Shown here: one piece after another, positions 26,692 to 36,846 of the stretch
Position numbering within the stretch: position 1 is the first letter of the stretch
Layout of the letters: each line of letters starts with the position of its first letter
Origin: an uncultured Alphaproteobacteria bacterium
Lineage (GTDB): Bacteria > Pseudomonadota > Alphaproteobacteria > Acetobacterales > Acetobacteraceae
DNA: 64,000 bases
Assembly (NCBI GenBank): GCA_963834475.1
Contig: CAWIBZ010000003.1
Location: forward strand, 26,701-90,700
Reading direction: 5' to 3'
The notes under the pieces: model-generated
What the model was told of the DNA's origin: nothing
What the model saw: only the letters and a program-made list of their open reading frames with translations
Databases searched by the model: none
Program-made: the position numbers and the translations under genes

Positions 26692-28753
26692 CTCCAATAT
26701 CTCCGTCAAAATCGGCTTCGACGACCAGGCGCTCGACCGCATCCCGGCGGCCAATAAGCGCATCCAGTCTCTTGAGACGAGCTCGGGCCGCGCCGCCCGC
26801 GGCATCCAGACCATGGTGCAAGGCGGCGGCACCGAGAAGCTCGCCAAGGGCATGCGCGGCCTCGCCCGCGAGAGCCTCCAGGCCTTCGAGAATATCGGCC
26901 GCATCATGGGCCCGCTCGAGGTCATCACCGGCGCGGCCAGTGTTGCCGGTCTCGCCCGGCTGACCGCCGGATGGGGCGATCTCACGACACAACTGGGCTA
27001 TTCCGCACAGCGTGCCGGCGTCGGCGTTGGTCAGCTCAGCGCACTCCAGGGCGCGGCAAGGCTCGTCGGTATCTCGACCCAGTCGGTCACCGCCGGCATG
27101 ACGGCGCTGAACGACAACCTGACCGCTGCCGCGACCGGCCACGCGCCCGAGGCGATCGCCGCCTTCAATTACCTGCACATCGCGCTGCGTGACGCGAACG
27201 GGCAGCTTCGCTCATCGACATCGGTGCTACCCGAAATCGCCGACAAGCTGGCGGGGATCAAAAACCCGGCGATCCAGGCGCAGCTCGCGACCATCCTGCT
27301 CGGCGGCGCGGCCGCCGACCTGCTGCCATTCCTCCGGCAGGGCTCGGCAGGGATCGCGCAACTGACCCAGGAGGCCAAGAGCTACGGCACGACCAGCGCC
27401 GCCGACGTGAAGATCTCCAACCGGTTCACCCATCAGCAGGGTGAGCTGATGGACGCGATCGGCGGCCTCTCCAATGTCATGGGCGAGAAATACCTGCCCG
27501 CCCTCGGCAATGCCGAGCAGGGCCTCGCCAACTTCATCAAGACGAATAAGGAAACGATCGCGGACGCGATCCCGGCCATGATCCTGGCCTTCGGTGGCCT
27601 CGGGCTCTATTTGAAAGGTCCCTTCCTCAAAGTCATCCGAAAGGCCCTGCTCGGGGACTTGGCTCAGACGATTGAGCAAGCAGCGACGCAGGCGAAGACG
27701 GAGGTAGCGGCTGCGGCAGAGGATGCGGCCTCGGCAGCCAATGCGCCCTCGTCCGGAATCCCCCGCCGGAGCTCGAGTGGCCTCAACAAGGGCCTCTTTG
27801 TCGGCTCGCTGCCGATGTATTTTGATTTGCTGGGCCAATGGCTGGATCCAAATTCGCGACCGACCTTCCGCGATACGCAGAGCCTGCACGATCAGTTCCC
27901 CGGCCTGAACTGGGCGCCTGGAACGAACCCAAACCCGCCATCCGGCACGGCGGCGGGCCTTCCTAAAAACCCGATCGTTACCCCGCCCGGGCCAGCCAGC
28001 GCGCCCCGTGGCATCCGCAACGACAATCCATTGAATCTCACCTACGTGCCTGGCCAGCCTGGCGTTGAGGGTTCGGATGGAACGTTTGGCGTTTACAAGT
28101 CTATGGCAGCCGGCATCGGCGCCGACCTGCATCAGCTCATCCTCAATCAACGGAAGGGCGACACAACTCTCGCGCAGCAGATCACGGCCTGGGCGCCCCC
28201 TGGGACGAACGACACCTCCGGATATATCGCACGGGTCGCTAAAATGACTGGCATCGATCCAGGGGCGCCTCTGGACGTGACCAACCCAAAGACTGCGGCG
28301 GCCGTGGTCGGAGCAATGGCCGTCGTTGAAAATGGGCAGGGCTTGTCAGCCAAAGACATCAGTGCCGGAGTGCAGCTTGCACTCGGACAGTCTGCCGCAT
28401 CCCAAGCATCGCCTTCGGCTGGCATCCCCGCTGTACCCGCGTCGCCTCCTGGCCCGCACGGGCACGGTGCATCCACCGCGGTCGGTATCCCCGAAGCGCC
28501 AGACCAGGGGCCATCCTTGTCGCTTCCCGCTTCGCACGCGCCCTCCGGCCCCGCGCAAACCGTCGCCGGGGGCGCCGGCACGGGTGCTGCCGCCAGCGAG
28601 ACCACGGTCAAAGGCTCGGCGACGGTCAGCGTCAATATCAAGGGAGCGCCGCCCGGTACCCAAACGAGCGCCACCAGCGACGGCGATCTGTTTGCCAATG
28701 CCGGTCCGGTCAAGATCCAGAGCAGCGCGGTCGGCCAGGGGATGCAGGCATGA
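26675..28753 (+). CDS. Tape measure protein with C-terminal lysozyme-like domain
   Basis: Ala-rich helical N-terminus; PRGIRNDNPLNL...WAPPGTNDTSGYIARV. Confidence 0.85.
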   Translation: MSGAANSNISVKIGFDDQALDRIPAANKRIQSLETSSGRAARGIQTMVQGGGTEKLAKGMRGLARESLQAFENIGRIMGPLEVITGAASVAGLARLTAGWGDLTTQLGYSAQRAGVGVGQLSALQGAARLVGISTQSVTAGMTALNDNLTAAATGHAPEAIAAFNYLHIALRDANGQLRSSTSVLPEIADKLAGIKNPAIQAQLATILLGGAAADLLPFLRQGSAGIAQLTQEAKSYGTTSAADVKISNRFTHQQGELMDAIGGLSNVMGEKYLPALGNAEQGLANFIKTNKETIADAIPAMILAFGGLGLYLKGPFLKVIRKALLGDLAQTIEQAATQAKTEVAAAAEDAASAANAPSSGIPRRSSSGLNKGLFVGSLPMYFDLLGQWLDPNSRPTFRDTQSLHDQFPGLNWAPGTNPNPPSGTAAGLPKNPIVTPPGPASAPRGIRNDNPLNLTYVPGQPGVEGSDGTFGVYKSMAAGIGADLHQLILNQRKGDTTLAQQITAWAPPGTNDTSGYIARVAKMTGIDPGAPLDVTNPKTAAAVVGAMAVVENGQGLSAKDISAGVQLALGQSAASQASPSAGIPAVPASPPGPHGHGASTAVGIPEAPDQGPSLSLPASHAPSGPAQTVAGGAGTGAAASETTVKGSATVSVNIKGAPPGTQTSATSDGDLFANAGPVKIQSSAVGQGMQA

Positions 28754-30324
28754 GTGGAGCGATTGCCCGCGTCGCGGGGAGTGTGGGCGCCGTCCAGGGC
28801 GCGATCGGCCAAGTCGGCTCCCTGGTCGGGCAAGCGGCCTCGATCGGCCGCAGCATCGGCCAGATCGGCAATGAGGTGTCGAACCTCTTCGGTGGCGGCG
28901 GCGGTTACCTCATCCCGGCCTCCGGCCTCGGCCCCTGGGCCGCGACACTGCAGACCGCATCCTGGCGTGGCCTCCCCTTTGCCGTGCGCTCCAGCCTCAT
29001 CCGCCGCGGCCGCCGCGTCGCGGTGCATGAATACCCGTTTCGTGACGAGGTCTGGGTCGAAGATCTCGGCCGCGGCACAAGGATGGTGTCGTTTTCGGCC
29101 TTCCTGATCGGCGACGACGTCTTCCAGCAGCGCGACGCCATGGCGGCCGCGGCGGAGACCGCCGGCACTGGGTTGCTGGTCCATCCCTCGCTCGGCAGCA
29201 TGTCGGCCAGCCTGATCGAGTTCAGCGCCGGCGAGCGCGCCGATCTCGGCCGCGTCGTCGAGATCGAGTTTTCCTTCATCCAGAGCGGGCAGGATCAGCC
29301 GCTCTATCCGACCACGGTCATCTCGACCCAGTCCCTGGTGCTGAGCGCCGCCTCAACGTCGCTTCTGGCGACTGCCGCGGACTGGGTCTCGAACGTCACC
29401 GCGGCGGTCGCGCTCGGCTACGCCGCGGTGCAGGGCGCGATCGGCCCGGTGATCGGCATCGTCAGCCAGGTGCTCGGCACCGCCCAGGCGATTGTCGCCC
29501 TCGGCAGCGAGGCCATTGCCCTGCCCGCCGAGATCATCGGCAGCGTCTTCGGCAGCCTCGGCCAGAGTCTCGGCCTGGTCAACGATGCCGGCATTGCCTT
29601 CGGCGCCGTCGCCGGCCTGGTCGGCAATTACGGCCGCTATGCCAATGCCGGGGTGACGACGCCCCTGCCCGCCTCGGCGACGGTCGAGTCTCAGCTCGAT
29701 CTCCTCACCGCCAACCGGGCGGCCGTGGTGAGCGCGATGACCGCCGTCTTGGCAGGGGCCATCGCCGCCCCGCTGGACCTGCCGGCGACCATGCAAACGG
29801 CCATCGCGGCCTTCCAGGACTGCATTCAGAGTCCAGCCGATCAGCTCCGGCTGCTCTCCGTGCTCGCCGGTTATGCGCCGGCCGTCACCAGCAACACGGC
29901 GCCGATCGGCGCCGCGATCACGACCATCGAGACAAGGTTCGCCGCGCTGGTGCGACGCACCGCCTGCGCGGCGCTGGCGACCGCGGTGGCCGGCTATCAG
30001 CCGACCAGCTACGACGACGCGATGACGCAGCTGCAGGGTGTGACCGCGCTCCTGGATGCTGAGTCCATCTCGGCGGCCGATGCCGGCGACACGGACAGCT
30101 ATCTCGCCCTGCGCGCGCTGCGCGCCGCGGTCTCCGACGATCTGCTGACGCGCGGCGCCCAGCTGCCCACGCTGATGACCGTTACCACCCCGGTGCCGAT
30201 GCCCTCGCTGACGCTGGCCTATGAGCTCTACGGCGATGCGACGCGCAGCGATGACCTCATCGCCCGCGCCGACCCGATCGCGCCGCTCTTCATGCCGACG
30301 AGCTTCCAGGCGCTGAGCAGCTGA
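28750..30324 (+). CDS. DNA circularization protein (Mu gpN-like)
   Basis: LQTASWRGLPF...GRRVAVHEYPFRD..WVEDLGR; C-terminal PSLTLAYELYGDATR. Confidence 0.92.
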   Translation: MSGAIARVAGSVGAVQGAIGQVGSLVGQAASIGRSIGQIGNEVSNLFGGGGGYLIPASGLGPWAATLQTASWRGLPFAVRSSLIRRGRRVAVHEYPFRDEVWVEDLGRGTRMVSFSAFLIGDDVFQQRDAMAAAAETAGTGLLVHPSLGSMSASLIEFSAGERADLGRVVEIEFSFIQSGQDQPLYPTTVISTQSLVLSAASTSLLATAADWVSNVTAAVALGYAAVQGAIGPVIGIVSQVLGTAQAIVALGSEAIALPAEIIGSVFGSLGQSLGLVNDAGIAFGAVAGLVGNYGRYANAGVTTPLPASATVESQLDLLTANRAAVVSAMTAVLAGAIAAPLDLPATMQTAIAAFQDCIQSPADQLRLLSVLAGYAPAVTSNTAPIGAAITTIETRFAALVRRTACAALATAVAGYQPTSYDDAMTQLQGVTALLDAESISAADAGDTDSYLALRALRAAVSDDLLTRGAQLPTLMTVTTPVPMPSLTLAYELYGDATRSDDLIARADPIAPLFMPTSFQALSS

Positions 30325-30371
30325 GGGGCTGATCCGACGGAGCGCGCTGTCCGCGGCCTTCTGGGAAAAGC

Positions 30372-31553
30372 ATGACCAACCAACCGTCCATGATCACCGG
30401 CGGCCAGAATGCGAAGCCGCCCAGCAACAAGCTGACGCTGATCGCCGCCGGCCAGGCCCTGACCGGCTGGGAGGCGGTGCGCGTCACCCGCAGCCTCGAT
30501 CGCGTTCCGGCCGATTTCGATATCACGCTGACGGAGCGCTATCCGGGCCAAGCGGCGGCCGTTGTGGTCAATCCCGGTGATCCCTGCACCGTGCTGATCG
30601 GCTCGGACACGGTGCTGACCGGCTATATCGACCGCTACAATCCGTCCTTCTCCTCGCGCAGCCATCGGGTCCGCATCATGGGCCGCAGCAAATGCGAAGA
30701 TTTGGTCGACTGCTCGATCTCTCCCGCGGCGCTCAACGGCATGTCGATGACGACGACCTCGCTGCAGCTGCTCGCGCAGGAGCTTGCAAGCCCCTACGGC
30801 ATCACCGTCTCCTCGCTCACCGGCACCAATGTCCCGGTCGCGGCGATAGGCGGCGGCCCGCTCACCTTTTCGGCGATCCTCACGGAAACGCCCTATGAGA
30901 TCATCGAGCGCGTCGCGCGCTATGCCGGCGTGCTCGCCTATGACGGCACGGACGGCAATTTGATCCTCGCCAATGTCGGAACGTCAACGATGGCGAACGG
31001 CTTTCAGCAGGGCCTGAACGTCGAGGCGGCCGATGTCAGCTACTCGATGGACCAGCGCTTCCAGGAGTACCTGCCGGCGCTGATGTCGAGCAATATGTTC
31101 GGCCAGCAGGGCATTGGCGGTGTCACCTATGCCCCTGCCTATGACAAAGGCGTGCCACGCTTCCGCGAGCTGATCGTGGTCAGTGAGCAATTTGCCATCA
31201 GCCAGCAGTTCGCTCAGCTGCGCATCCAATGGGAGATGGCCCGCCGGCTCGGCCGGTCCCAGGCAGTGCGCCTGGTCTGCGACTCCTGGCGCGACAGTGC
31301 GGGCACGCTCTGGGCACCGAACGCCTATGCCTCGATCAACCTGCCGGCGCTCAAACTGACGCCGCCAAAGCCCTGGATCATCGGCGAGGTCAGCTACGTC
31401 CGCGATGACCAGGGCACCCATGCCGAGCTCCTGCTCATGCCGAAAGAAGCGTTCCTGCCGGAGCCGACGATCCTGACGCCGTTTTTCTGGGACCCGACCA
31501 ACGGGCCGCCACCCGTGGGCGGCGGCGCCGCTGCACTCCCGACCGGAGGCTGA
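30372..31553 (+). CDS. Baseplate hub (Mu gpP/gp44-like)
   Basis: GWEAVRVTRS, GRSKCEDLVDCS, WEMARR.GRS, WRDSAG.LW.PN. Confidence 0.92.
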   Translation: MTNQPSMITGGQNAKPPSNKLTLIAAGQALTGWEAVRVTRSLDRVPADFDITLTERYPGQAAAVVVNPGDPCTVLIGSDTVLTGYIDRYNPSFSSRSHRVRIMGRSKCEDLVDCSISPAALNGMSMTTTSLQLLAQELASPYGITVSSLTGTNVPVAAIGGGPLTFSAILTETPYEIIERVARYAGVLAYDGTDGNLILANVGTSTMANGFQQGLNVEAADVSYSMDQRFQEYLPALMSSNMFGQQGIGGVTYAPAYDKGVPRFRELIVVSEQFAISQQFAQLRIQWEMARRLGRSQAVRLVCDSWRDSAGTLWAPNAYASINLPALKLTPPKPWIIGEVSYVRDDQGTHAELLLMPKEAFLPEPTILTPFFWDPTNGPPPVGGGAAALPTGG

Positions 31554-31555
31554 CC

Positions 31556-32134
31556 ATGCCGAGCGTGATGACGCGCCTCTGGAACGCGCTCGCCGGGGGT
31601 GCTGTGCAGGCTGTCAACGATGCTGGCACAGCGCTGATGGCCCAGATCAAAATCGGCTATCTCGAGACCATGACGCTGCCGGTCCTGCAGCAATTCGGCT
31701 TCTCCAGCGTACCGCCGATCGGCTCCGACGTGGTCGCGCATTTTTTCGCGGGCGATCGCTCAAACGGTGTCATCACCGGCACCAACCATCAGCCCTCGCG
31801 TCCGACCGGTAAGAAGCCCGGCGAGACCATGGTCTATGACGACTTCGGCAAGCAGATCTACCTGACCGAAGACGGCGGGATCATCGTCAACGCCAATAAT
31901 TCCGCCGTCACGGTTAACGGCGCCACGACCCTGATCGTGAATGCCTCGCAATACGTCTATTGCGATACGCCGGAACTGCGCTGCAGCGGCGACATCATCG
32001 ACAATTACGGCACCAATACACACACGATGGCCGGGATGCGCACGATCTACAACGAGCATACCCACACCCAGCCGGACGATAGTGCTGGGGACACCGAACA
32101 GCCGACGGCCGCTCCCTCGCAACTGATGGACTGA
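31556..32134 (+). CDS. Baseplate spike (Mu gp45-like)
   Basis: QQFGFSSVPP.GS...GDRS; C-terminal HTH metal-binding tip (EHTHT). Confidence 0.9.
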   Translation: MPSVMTRLWNALAGGAVQAVNDAGTALMAQIKIGYLETMTLPVLQQFGFSSVPPIGSDVVAHFFAGDRSNGVITGTNHQPSRPTGKKPGETMVYDDFGKQIYLTEDGGIIVNANNSAVTVNGATTLIVNASQYVYCDTPELRCSGDIIDNYGTNTHTMAGMRTIYNEHTHTQPDDSAGDTEQPTAAPSQLMD

Positions 32135-32140
32135 CCAGAG

Positions 32141-32593
32141 ATGGATATCGGCATCACCTGGGACCCCGCGCGCTATCGCGGGGATTGGACCTGCACGGCT
32201 GGCGACCTGGCGGCCGATCCCGGCGGATTGCGCACGGCCGTCTTGCTCAGCCTCTTCACTGACCGCGTCGCCCAGCCGGATTACGTGGCGCCGGCGGGAT
32301 CGCCGCAGGGCCGCCGCGGCTGGTGGGGCGACACCTATGAGGACAGCCCGATCGGCAGCCGCCTCTGGCAGCTCAACCGCTCGGTCACCAGCGGCTCGAC
32401 GGCACTGCTCAATGAGGCGACCGATATCTGCCTCGAGGCTCTGCAATGGCTGGTCACAGCCGGCGCCGTCGCCTCCGTCTCGGTGATCTGCTCCTGGGCC
32501 AGCGCAGCCGCGATCGGCATCCAGGTCACCGTCACGGCGCCGCAATCGCCGCCGCAAACCTTCAATTTCGACTGGGCCTGGCAAGGAGCCTGA
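32141..32593 (+). CDS. Mu gp46-like baseplate protein
   Basis: LRTAVLLSLFTDR...RGWWGD....IGSRLWQL.R. Confidence 0.92.
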   Translation: MDIGITWDPARYRGDWTCTAGDLAADPGGLRTAVLLSLFTDRVAQPDYVAPAGSPQGRRGWWGDTYEDSPIGSRLWQLNRSVTSGSTALLNEATDICLEALQWLVTAGAVASVSVICSWASAAAIGIQVTVTAPQSPPQTFNFDWAWQGA

Positions 32594-32596
32594 CCG

Positions 32597-33760
32597 TTGC
32601 CTTATCCACGTCCGACGCTCACCACCCTGCGCGCCCAGGTGCTTCAGGACATCAATGCTGCGCAAATCACCGACCAGAACGGTGTCGTGCTGATCGCGCT
32701 GCTGCAGAAGGCGGTGCTGCGCGTTCTCGCCAATGCGACCGCAGGGATGAGCTACGAGCATTACGGCTATCTCGACTGGATCGCGCAGCAGGCGGTGCCC
32801 TGGACCGCGACCGAGGAATTCCTCGACGGCTGGGCCAATCTCAAGGGCGTCTATCGCCAGGCCGCGACGCCGACACAAGGCACGGTGACCTTCCCGGGCA
32901 CCAATGGCACCCCCATCCCGGCCGGCACCGCGCTGACCCGCAGCGACGGCACCGGCCTTACCACGACGGCTGGCGCCAGTGTCTCCGGCACATCAGTCAC
33001 CGTGACGGTCGTCGCGACGGTCGCCGGCAGCGCCGGCAATTTTGACGCCGGGACGCAATTCAGCCTCTCGAACCCGATCGGCGGCATCATCGGCGCCTCG
33101 ACCGCCTCGACCCAGACGGTCCCCGGCACGGACGTGCAGACCGACGACAGCCTGCGCACCGAGATGCTGGCGGCCTATGCCGCGCCGCCGCAGGGCGGCG
33201 ACCGCCAGGACTATGTCGAATGGGCGCTCGCCGTGCCGGGGGTGACCCGGGCCTGGGTGAACCCGAACGGCATGGGCGCCGGCACCGTCGTCGTCTATGT
33301 CATGCTCGATACGGCCGAGGCGGCGGCTGGCGGCTTCCCGCAGGGCACGAATGGCGTCGCGGCCAATGAGCCACGCGCCGCGGCCGCGACCGGTGACCAG
33401 CTCACAGTCGCGAATGCGATCCTCTCCGAGCAGCCGGTCACCGCGCTCGTCTATGTCTGCGCGCCGGAGGCCGCCGCCCAGAATTTCTCGATCACCGGCC
33501 TGGGTGCGGCCAATACCGCGGCCAACCAGGCGCTGATGACGACCGCGCTGCAGGAGATGTTCGTCCAGCTCGGCAATGTCGGCGGCACGGTCAATCCGGA
33601 GAGTGGCGCGGCCTGGCCGTCGATCCAGCCGAACGACTGGTACGGCGCCTTGCAGGCGATCACCGGTCTGAGCAATTTCGACGTGGTCACGCCCGCGGCG
33701 CCGATCACCGTGGCGGCCGGGCAGCTGCCGGTGCTCGGCACCATCAGTTTCGCGAGCTGA
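32597..33760 (+). CDS. Baseplate J / Mu gp47
   Basis: HYGYLDWIA.Q..P.TA, PPQGG...DY..WAL.VPGVTRAW. Confidence 0.93.
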   Translation: MPYPRPTLTTLRAQVLQDINAAQITDQNGVVLIALLQKAVLRVLANATAGMSYEHYGYLDWIAQQAVPWTATEEFLDGWANLKGVYRQAATPTQGTVTFPGTNGTPIPAGTALTRSDGTGLTTTAGASVSGTSVTVTVVATVAGSAGNFDAGTQFSLSNPIGGIIGASTASTQTVPGTDVQTDDSLRTEMLAAYAAPPQGGDRQDYVEWALAVPGVTRAWVNPNGMGAGTVVVYVMLDTAEAAAGGFPQGTNGVAANEPRAAAATGDQLTVANAILSEQPVTALVYVCAPEAAAQNFSITGLGAANTAANQALMTTALQEMFVQLGNVGGTVNPESGAAWPSIQPNDWYGALQAITGLSNFDVVTPAAPITVAAGQLPVLGTISFAS

Positions 33761-33763
33761 GCC

Positions 33764-34368
33764 GTGAGCGGCACCGCCCCCGTCTTTTCGCAGGCGGACC
33801 TGCTGGCCGGCTTCCAGCGGCTGATGCCGACCGGACCGGTCTGGCCGCGCAACGCCGACGCGGTACAGACCCAGGTCTTCGCGGCGCTGGTGCAGCTCTA
33901 TGTCGGCAACGCCGCGAGTGCCGCCGGGCTGCTCGTCGACGCCTTCCCGGCGACGACCGATTATCTCCTACCCGCGTGGCAAGCGACGCTCGGCCTGCCC
34001 GATCCCTGCGCTGGCGAGTCCCCCTGCTCGCCCAGGAGCAGGCGCAGGTCGTCGCACGCCTCATCGCCGGCGGCGGCCAGTCGGTCGACTACTTCGTCAA
34101 TTTTGCCGCGACGCTGGGCTACACCGTCACCATCACCCAGTTCGCGCCCTTCCGCGCCGGCATCAGCGCGGTCGGTCAGCCGCTTTGCAACAATGCCTGG
34201 GCCTTCGCCTGGCAGGTCAACGCCCCGGAATTCAGCGTTGATGATTTTGCGGTGGGCACCGGCTCCGTCGGCGAGCCGCTCGCAACCTGGGGCAGCACGG
34301 TTCTGCAGTGCGAGCTGCAGCGTCTCGCCCCGGCGCACACGACAGTCCTCTTCAATTACGCAGATTAG
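33764..34368 (+). pseudogene. YmfQ/Mu gp48-like baseplate protein, frameshift at ~34022
   Basis: LMPTGPVWP...WQATLGLPDPC then GGQSVDYF...LGY...LQCEL..LAPAHT in the next frame. Confidence 0.85.
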
Positions 34369-34376
34369 GCGCGCGC

Positions 34377-35429
34377 ATGTATCAGGTTGATAATTCGACG
34401 GCGGCAACCACGATGCCGACGCCGGCGGCGGTCGGACCCAATCCAGGCGGGTTTTTCACCAGCGGCAATCCGGCCGGCGGCATCGCCGCGACGGTCGTCG
34501 ATCAGGACATCATGAACGCGGTCATGATGGAAATCTGCAACGTCGTCACTGGGGCCGATATCACGCTCAGCAAGACCTCGCAGACGCAGCTCTATCAGGC
34601 AATCCAGGCGCTCGCGGGCATTATCGTTCCGGGAGGACAGCTCACGCTCTATATTGCGACGACGGGCAGTGACAGTAATCCCGGCACCAGCGCGGAACCA
34701 TTTTTGACCATCGCCGGGGCCGTGGCTGCTCTCGCTAAATACAACCTGCTCGGGCTCACCGTGACCCTGAGCATCGGAGCGGGTTCATTTGCCGGGTACA
34801 CCTTCAATGGCATCAAGACGCCATGCGTGATCAATTTGACGGGGGCCGGCCATGCCGTAACGACGCTCGTTGGCGCGGGCGGGGTGTTCGGCGCGACGAA
34901 TTCCAATGCTGTCGGTGCCCAGTACGGCGCACAAATAACTGTTAGCGGAATGACACTGACGGCCACCGGGACTGGCGGCGATTACAAGCCCAGCGGCCAA
35001 TGTCTGTCGGCGGCGGTCGGAGGGCGAATCACAATCGGGTCCGATATTGTCTTTGGCAGCAGTCAGGGTTCACACATATATACACAGGCGTCGGGAAGCA
35101 TAGCGACGCAAGGGCTCGCGAGCACCACCGGGCAAGGATATACCATCACAGGGGGCGCCCAAACCCATATCAGTTGCCAGGACGGGGGATATGTCACCGT
35201 CGTTGATGCGCCAATCATACTATCGGGGACGCCGGCTTTTTCGGTGGCGTTCGCGTTTTGTAGCACCGGCGCTCAGATCGGCATTTGGGGCAATACGTTT
35301 ACGGGTAGCGCAACCGGCACGAAGTATATTTTAAGCGCAAATGCCGTTATCAACACCGAAGGCGCGGCATCCAGCTACCTGCCCGGCAGTGTTGCAGGCA
35401 CCACCGCAAGCGGCGGTCAATACGTCTAA
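34377..35429 (+). CDS. Tail fibre protein (beta-helix-like C-terminus)
   Basis: Mu-type fibre N-terminus (FFT.GNP...ATVV...MN.V..E); LYIATTGSDSNPGT...PF.TI. Confidence 0.85.
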   Translation: MYQVDNSTAATTMPTPAAVGPNPGGFFTSGNPAGGIAATVVDQDIMNAVMMEICNVVTGADITLSKTSQTQLYQAIQALAGIIVPGGQLTLYIATTGSDSNPGTSAEPFLTIAGAVAALAKYNLLGLTVTLSIGAGSFAGYTFNGIKTPCVINLTGAGHAVTTLVGAGGVFGATNSNAVGAQYGAQITVSGMTLTATGTGGDYKPSGQCLSAAVGGRITIGSDIVFGSSQGSHIYTQASGSIATQGLASTTGQGYTITGGAQTHISCQDGGYVTVVDAPIILSGTPAFSVAFAFCSTGAQIGIWGNTFTGSATGTKYILSANAVINTEGAASSYLPGSVAGTTASGGQYV

Positions 35430-35439
35430 GGGGTCACCT

Positions 35440-35679
35440 GTGAATCTTTATATCGCGAGTAACTGGTACTGGGCTGTCGGCACCGGCCCGGCAGGCGAGG
35501 TTTATTCATCGGCCAGCGGGGCATTCGTGCCGACCACCAACGCGGCTTATGTGGCGTGGCAGGCACAGTCTCTGGGCAATAAGCCAACGGTCATCCCCAC
35601 CCAGGCCGATCTGATCTGGGTGCTGAACAACGCCGGGCTCCCTGCCTCCGCCGCGGCCGGACTCTCAGCCTCCGATTAG
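35440..35679 (+). CDS. Small tail-fibre-associated protein
   Basis: NWYWAV...VYSSA...YVAW....N.PT.I, directly after the fibre. Confidence 0.6.
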   Translation: MNLYIASNWYWAVGTGPAGEVYSSASGAFVPTTNAAYVAWQAQSLGNKPTVIPTQADLIWVLNNAGLPASAAAGLSASD

Positions 35680-35735
35680 GGGCGGCCCCGCCTGACCGCG
35701 GCCGGCATCGCCAGGCCATCCGGCCCCCTGCACCC

Positions 35736-35756
35736 AGCCACCTTCGGGCGGCTTTT
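35736..35756 (+). terminator. Intrinsic terminator
   Basis: AGCCACC-TTCG-GGCGGCT-TTT. Confidence 0.55.
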
Positions 35757-35792
35757 GATCCCCGCGCCGCGACTGCACTCGGCGGCGGATAC

Positions 35793-36230
35793 CTACTGCT
35801 TGTAATGGTGGCCGAGATCACCTTCAGGCCGCGATGAACCGACCATGCTCGGACTTTCCCTTGGCGTGGCCGCCTGAAGCGTCTCCAGCATTGTTTGTGG
35901 CATCGGGCTGGGTAGCCGGAACGTCAGGATCGCGCCGTCGCCAAAAGTCAGAGACAAGGCAAGCGCCCCAGGCTCCTCCGGGATGCGCAATAGTTCGAAC
36001 CAAGAGGCGTTGAAAGCAACCATCGCGTGATTGCGGACCCGCTCGCTGTGATCTGCAGCGAAGCCGAGCCCTGCCGCGTGAGCCAGTGCTGGTGCTTGGC
36101 TTGTCGGCAGCGTGAGCCAGAACTGTTGACCCGACGCCGCCTCGACCAGCAGTAGCATCGACTTGGTTAGATCAGACACCTTCGCTTCGATAACCTTGAC
36201 CAACGGTAGTGCTGGAGCCGGCGTGCTCAC
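35793..36230 (-). CDS. Hypothetical moron protein
   Basis: Antisense 145-aa ORF (GTG, AGGA RBS) between two similar terminator hairpins. Confidence 0.55.
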   Translation of the reverse strand: MSTPAPALPLVKVIEAKVSDLTKSMLLLVEAASGQQFWLTLPTSQAPALAHAAGLGFAADHSERVRNHAMVAFNASWFELLRIPEEPGALALSLTFGDGAILTFRLPSPMPQTMLETLQAATPRESPSMVGSSRPEGDLGHHYKQ

Positions 36231-36328
36231 GGATTTCCTGCCATTGTTTCTGACACCAAAACATTCCGACTGCCGTGAGTTGATTGCCTCTTTTGGATGA
36301 CCCACTTTTAGGACGTCATCTAACCCTT

Positions 36329-36349
36329 GCCGCCTTTGGGCGGCTTTTT
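36329..36349 (+). terminator. Intrinsic terminator
   Basis: GCCGCC-TTTG-GGCGGC-TTTTT. Confidence 0.65.
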
Positions 36350-36372
36350 GATTCCTGCGTCTCGGAGCTCCC

Positions 36373-36846
36373 ATGACCCAACCTTTGCCCTCTCAGGTCC
36401 GCGTCGTGCGGATCTATGCCGGCACCAATCTGTCGGCGCCGCGGGGGTTGAGATCCGCGGTCTGTCTACGCTGGCCGCCGAAGCACCCCCTCGACAGCGA
36501 TTGGTATTGGATCGACGCGACCGGCCTCTGCGAAGACTTGCGCGGCACTATCGTGCAAGTCGGCTGCTCTATCGTGGGCGGCGACGGGGCGCTGACCGTG
36601 CCCGCTACCACCATCGCCTGTAACGGCACTCAGGCCGGTTTCAGGCTCTGCCGCGGCACGCCGGGCGTTCCCTACTCGGTTCGGGCCCATCTGACCTTCA
36701 GCCAGGGCACGCGCGTCGCTCAGGACATCAGCGTGCAAGTCGCGGCACTTGCTGCCGTGCCGACACCCAATCCGACCTACGTCACAAACAACCAAGACAT
36801 CGTGCTGCTCGGCGGCATCCCCTTCCCGACTGGAGCTTCGTCATGA
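36373..36846 (+). CDS. Phage fibre-adaptor-like protein
   Basis: WPPKHPLDSDWYWID...GTPG..YSV beta-sandwich pattern. Confidence 0.65.
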   Translation: MTQPLPSQVRVVRIYAGTNLSAPRGLRSAVCLRWPPKHPLDSDWYWIDATGLCEDLRGTIVQVGCSIVGGDGALTVPATTIACNGTQAGFRLCRGTPGVPYSVRAHLTFSQGTRVAQDISVQVAALAAVPTPNPTYVTNNQDIVLLGGIPFPTGASS

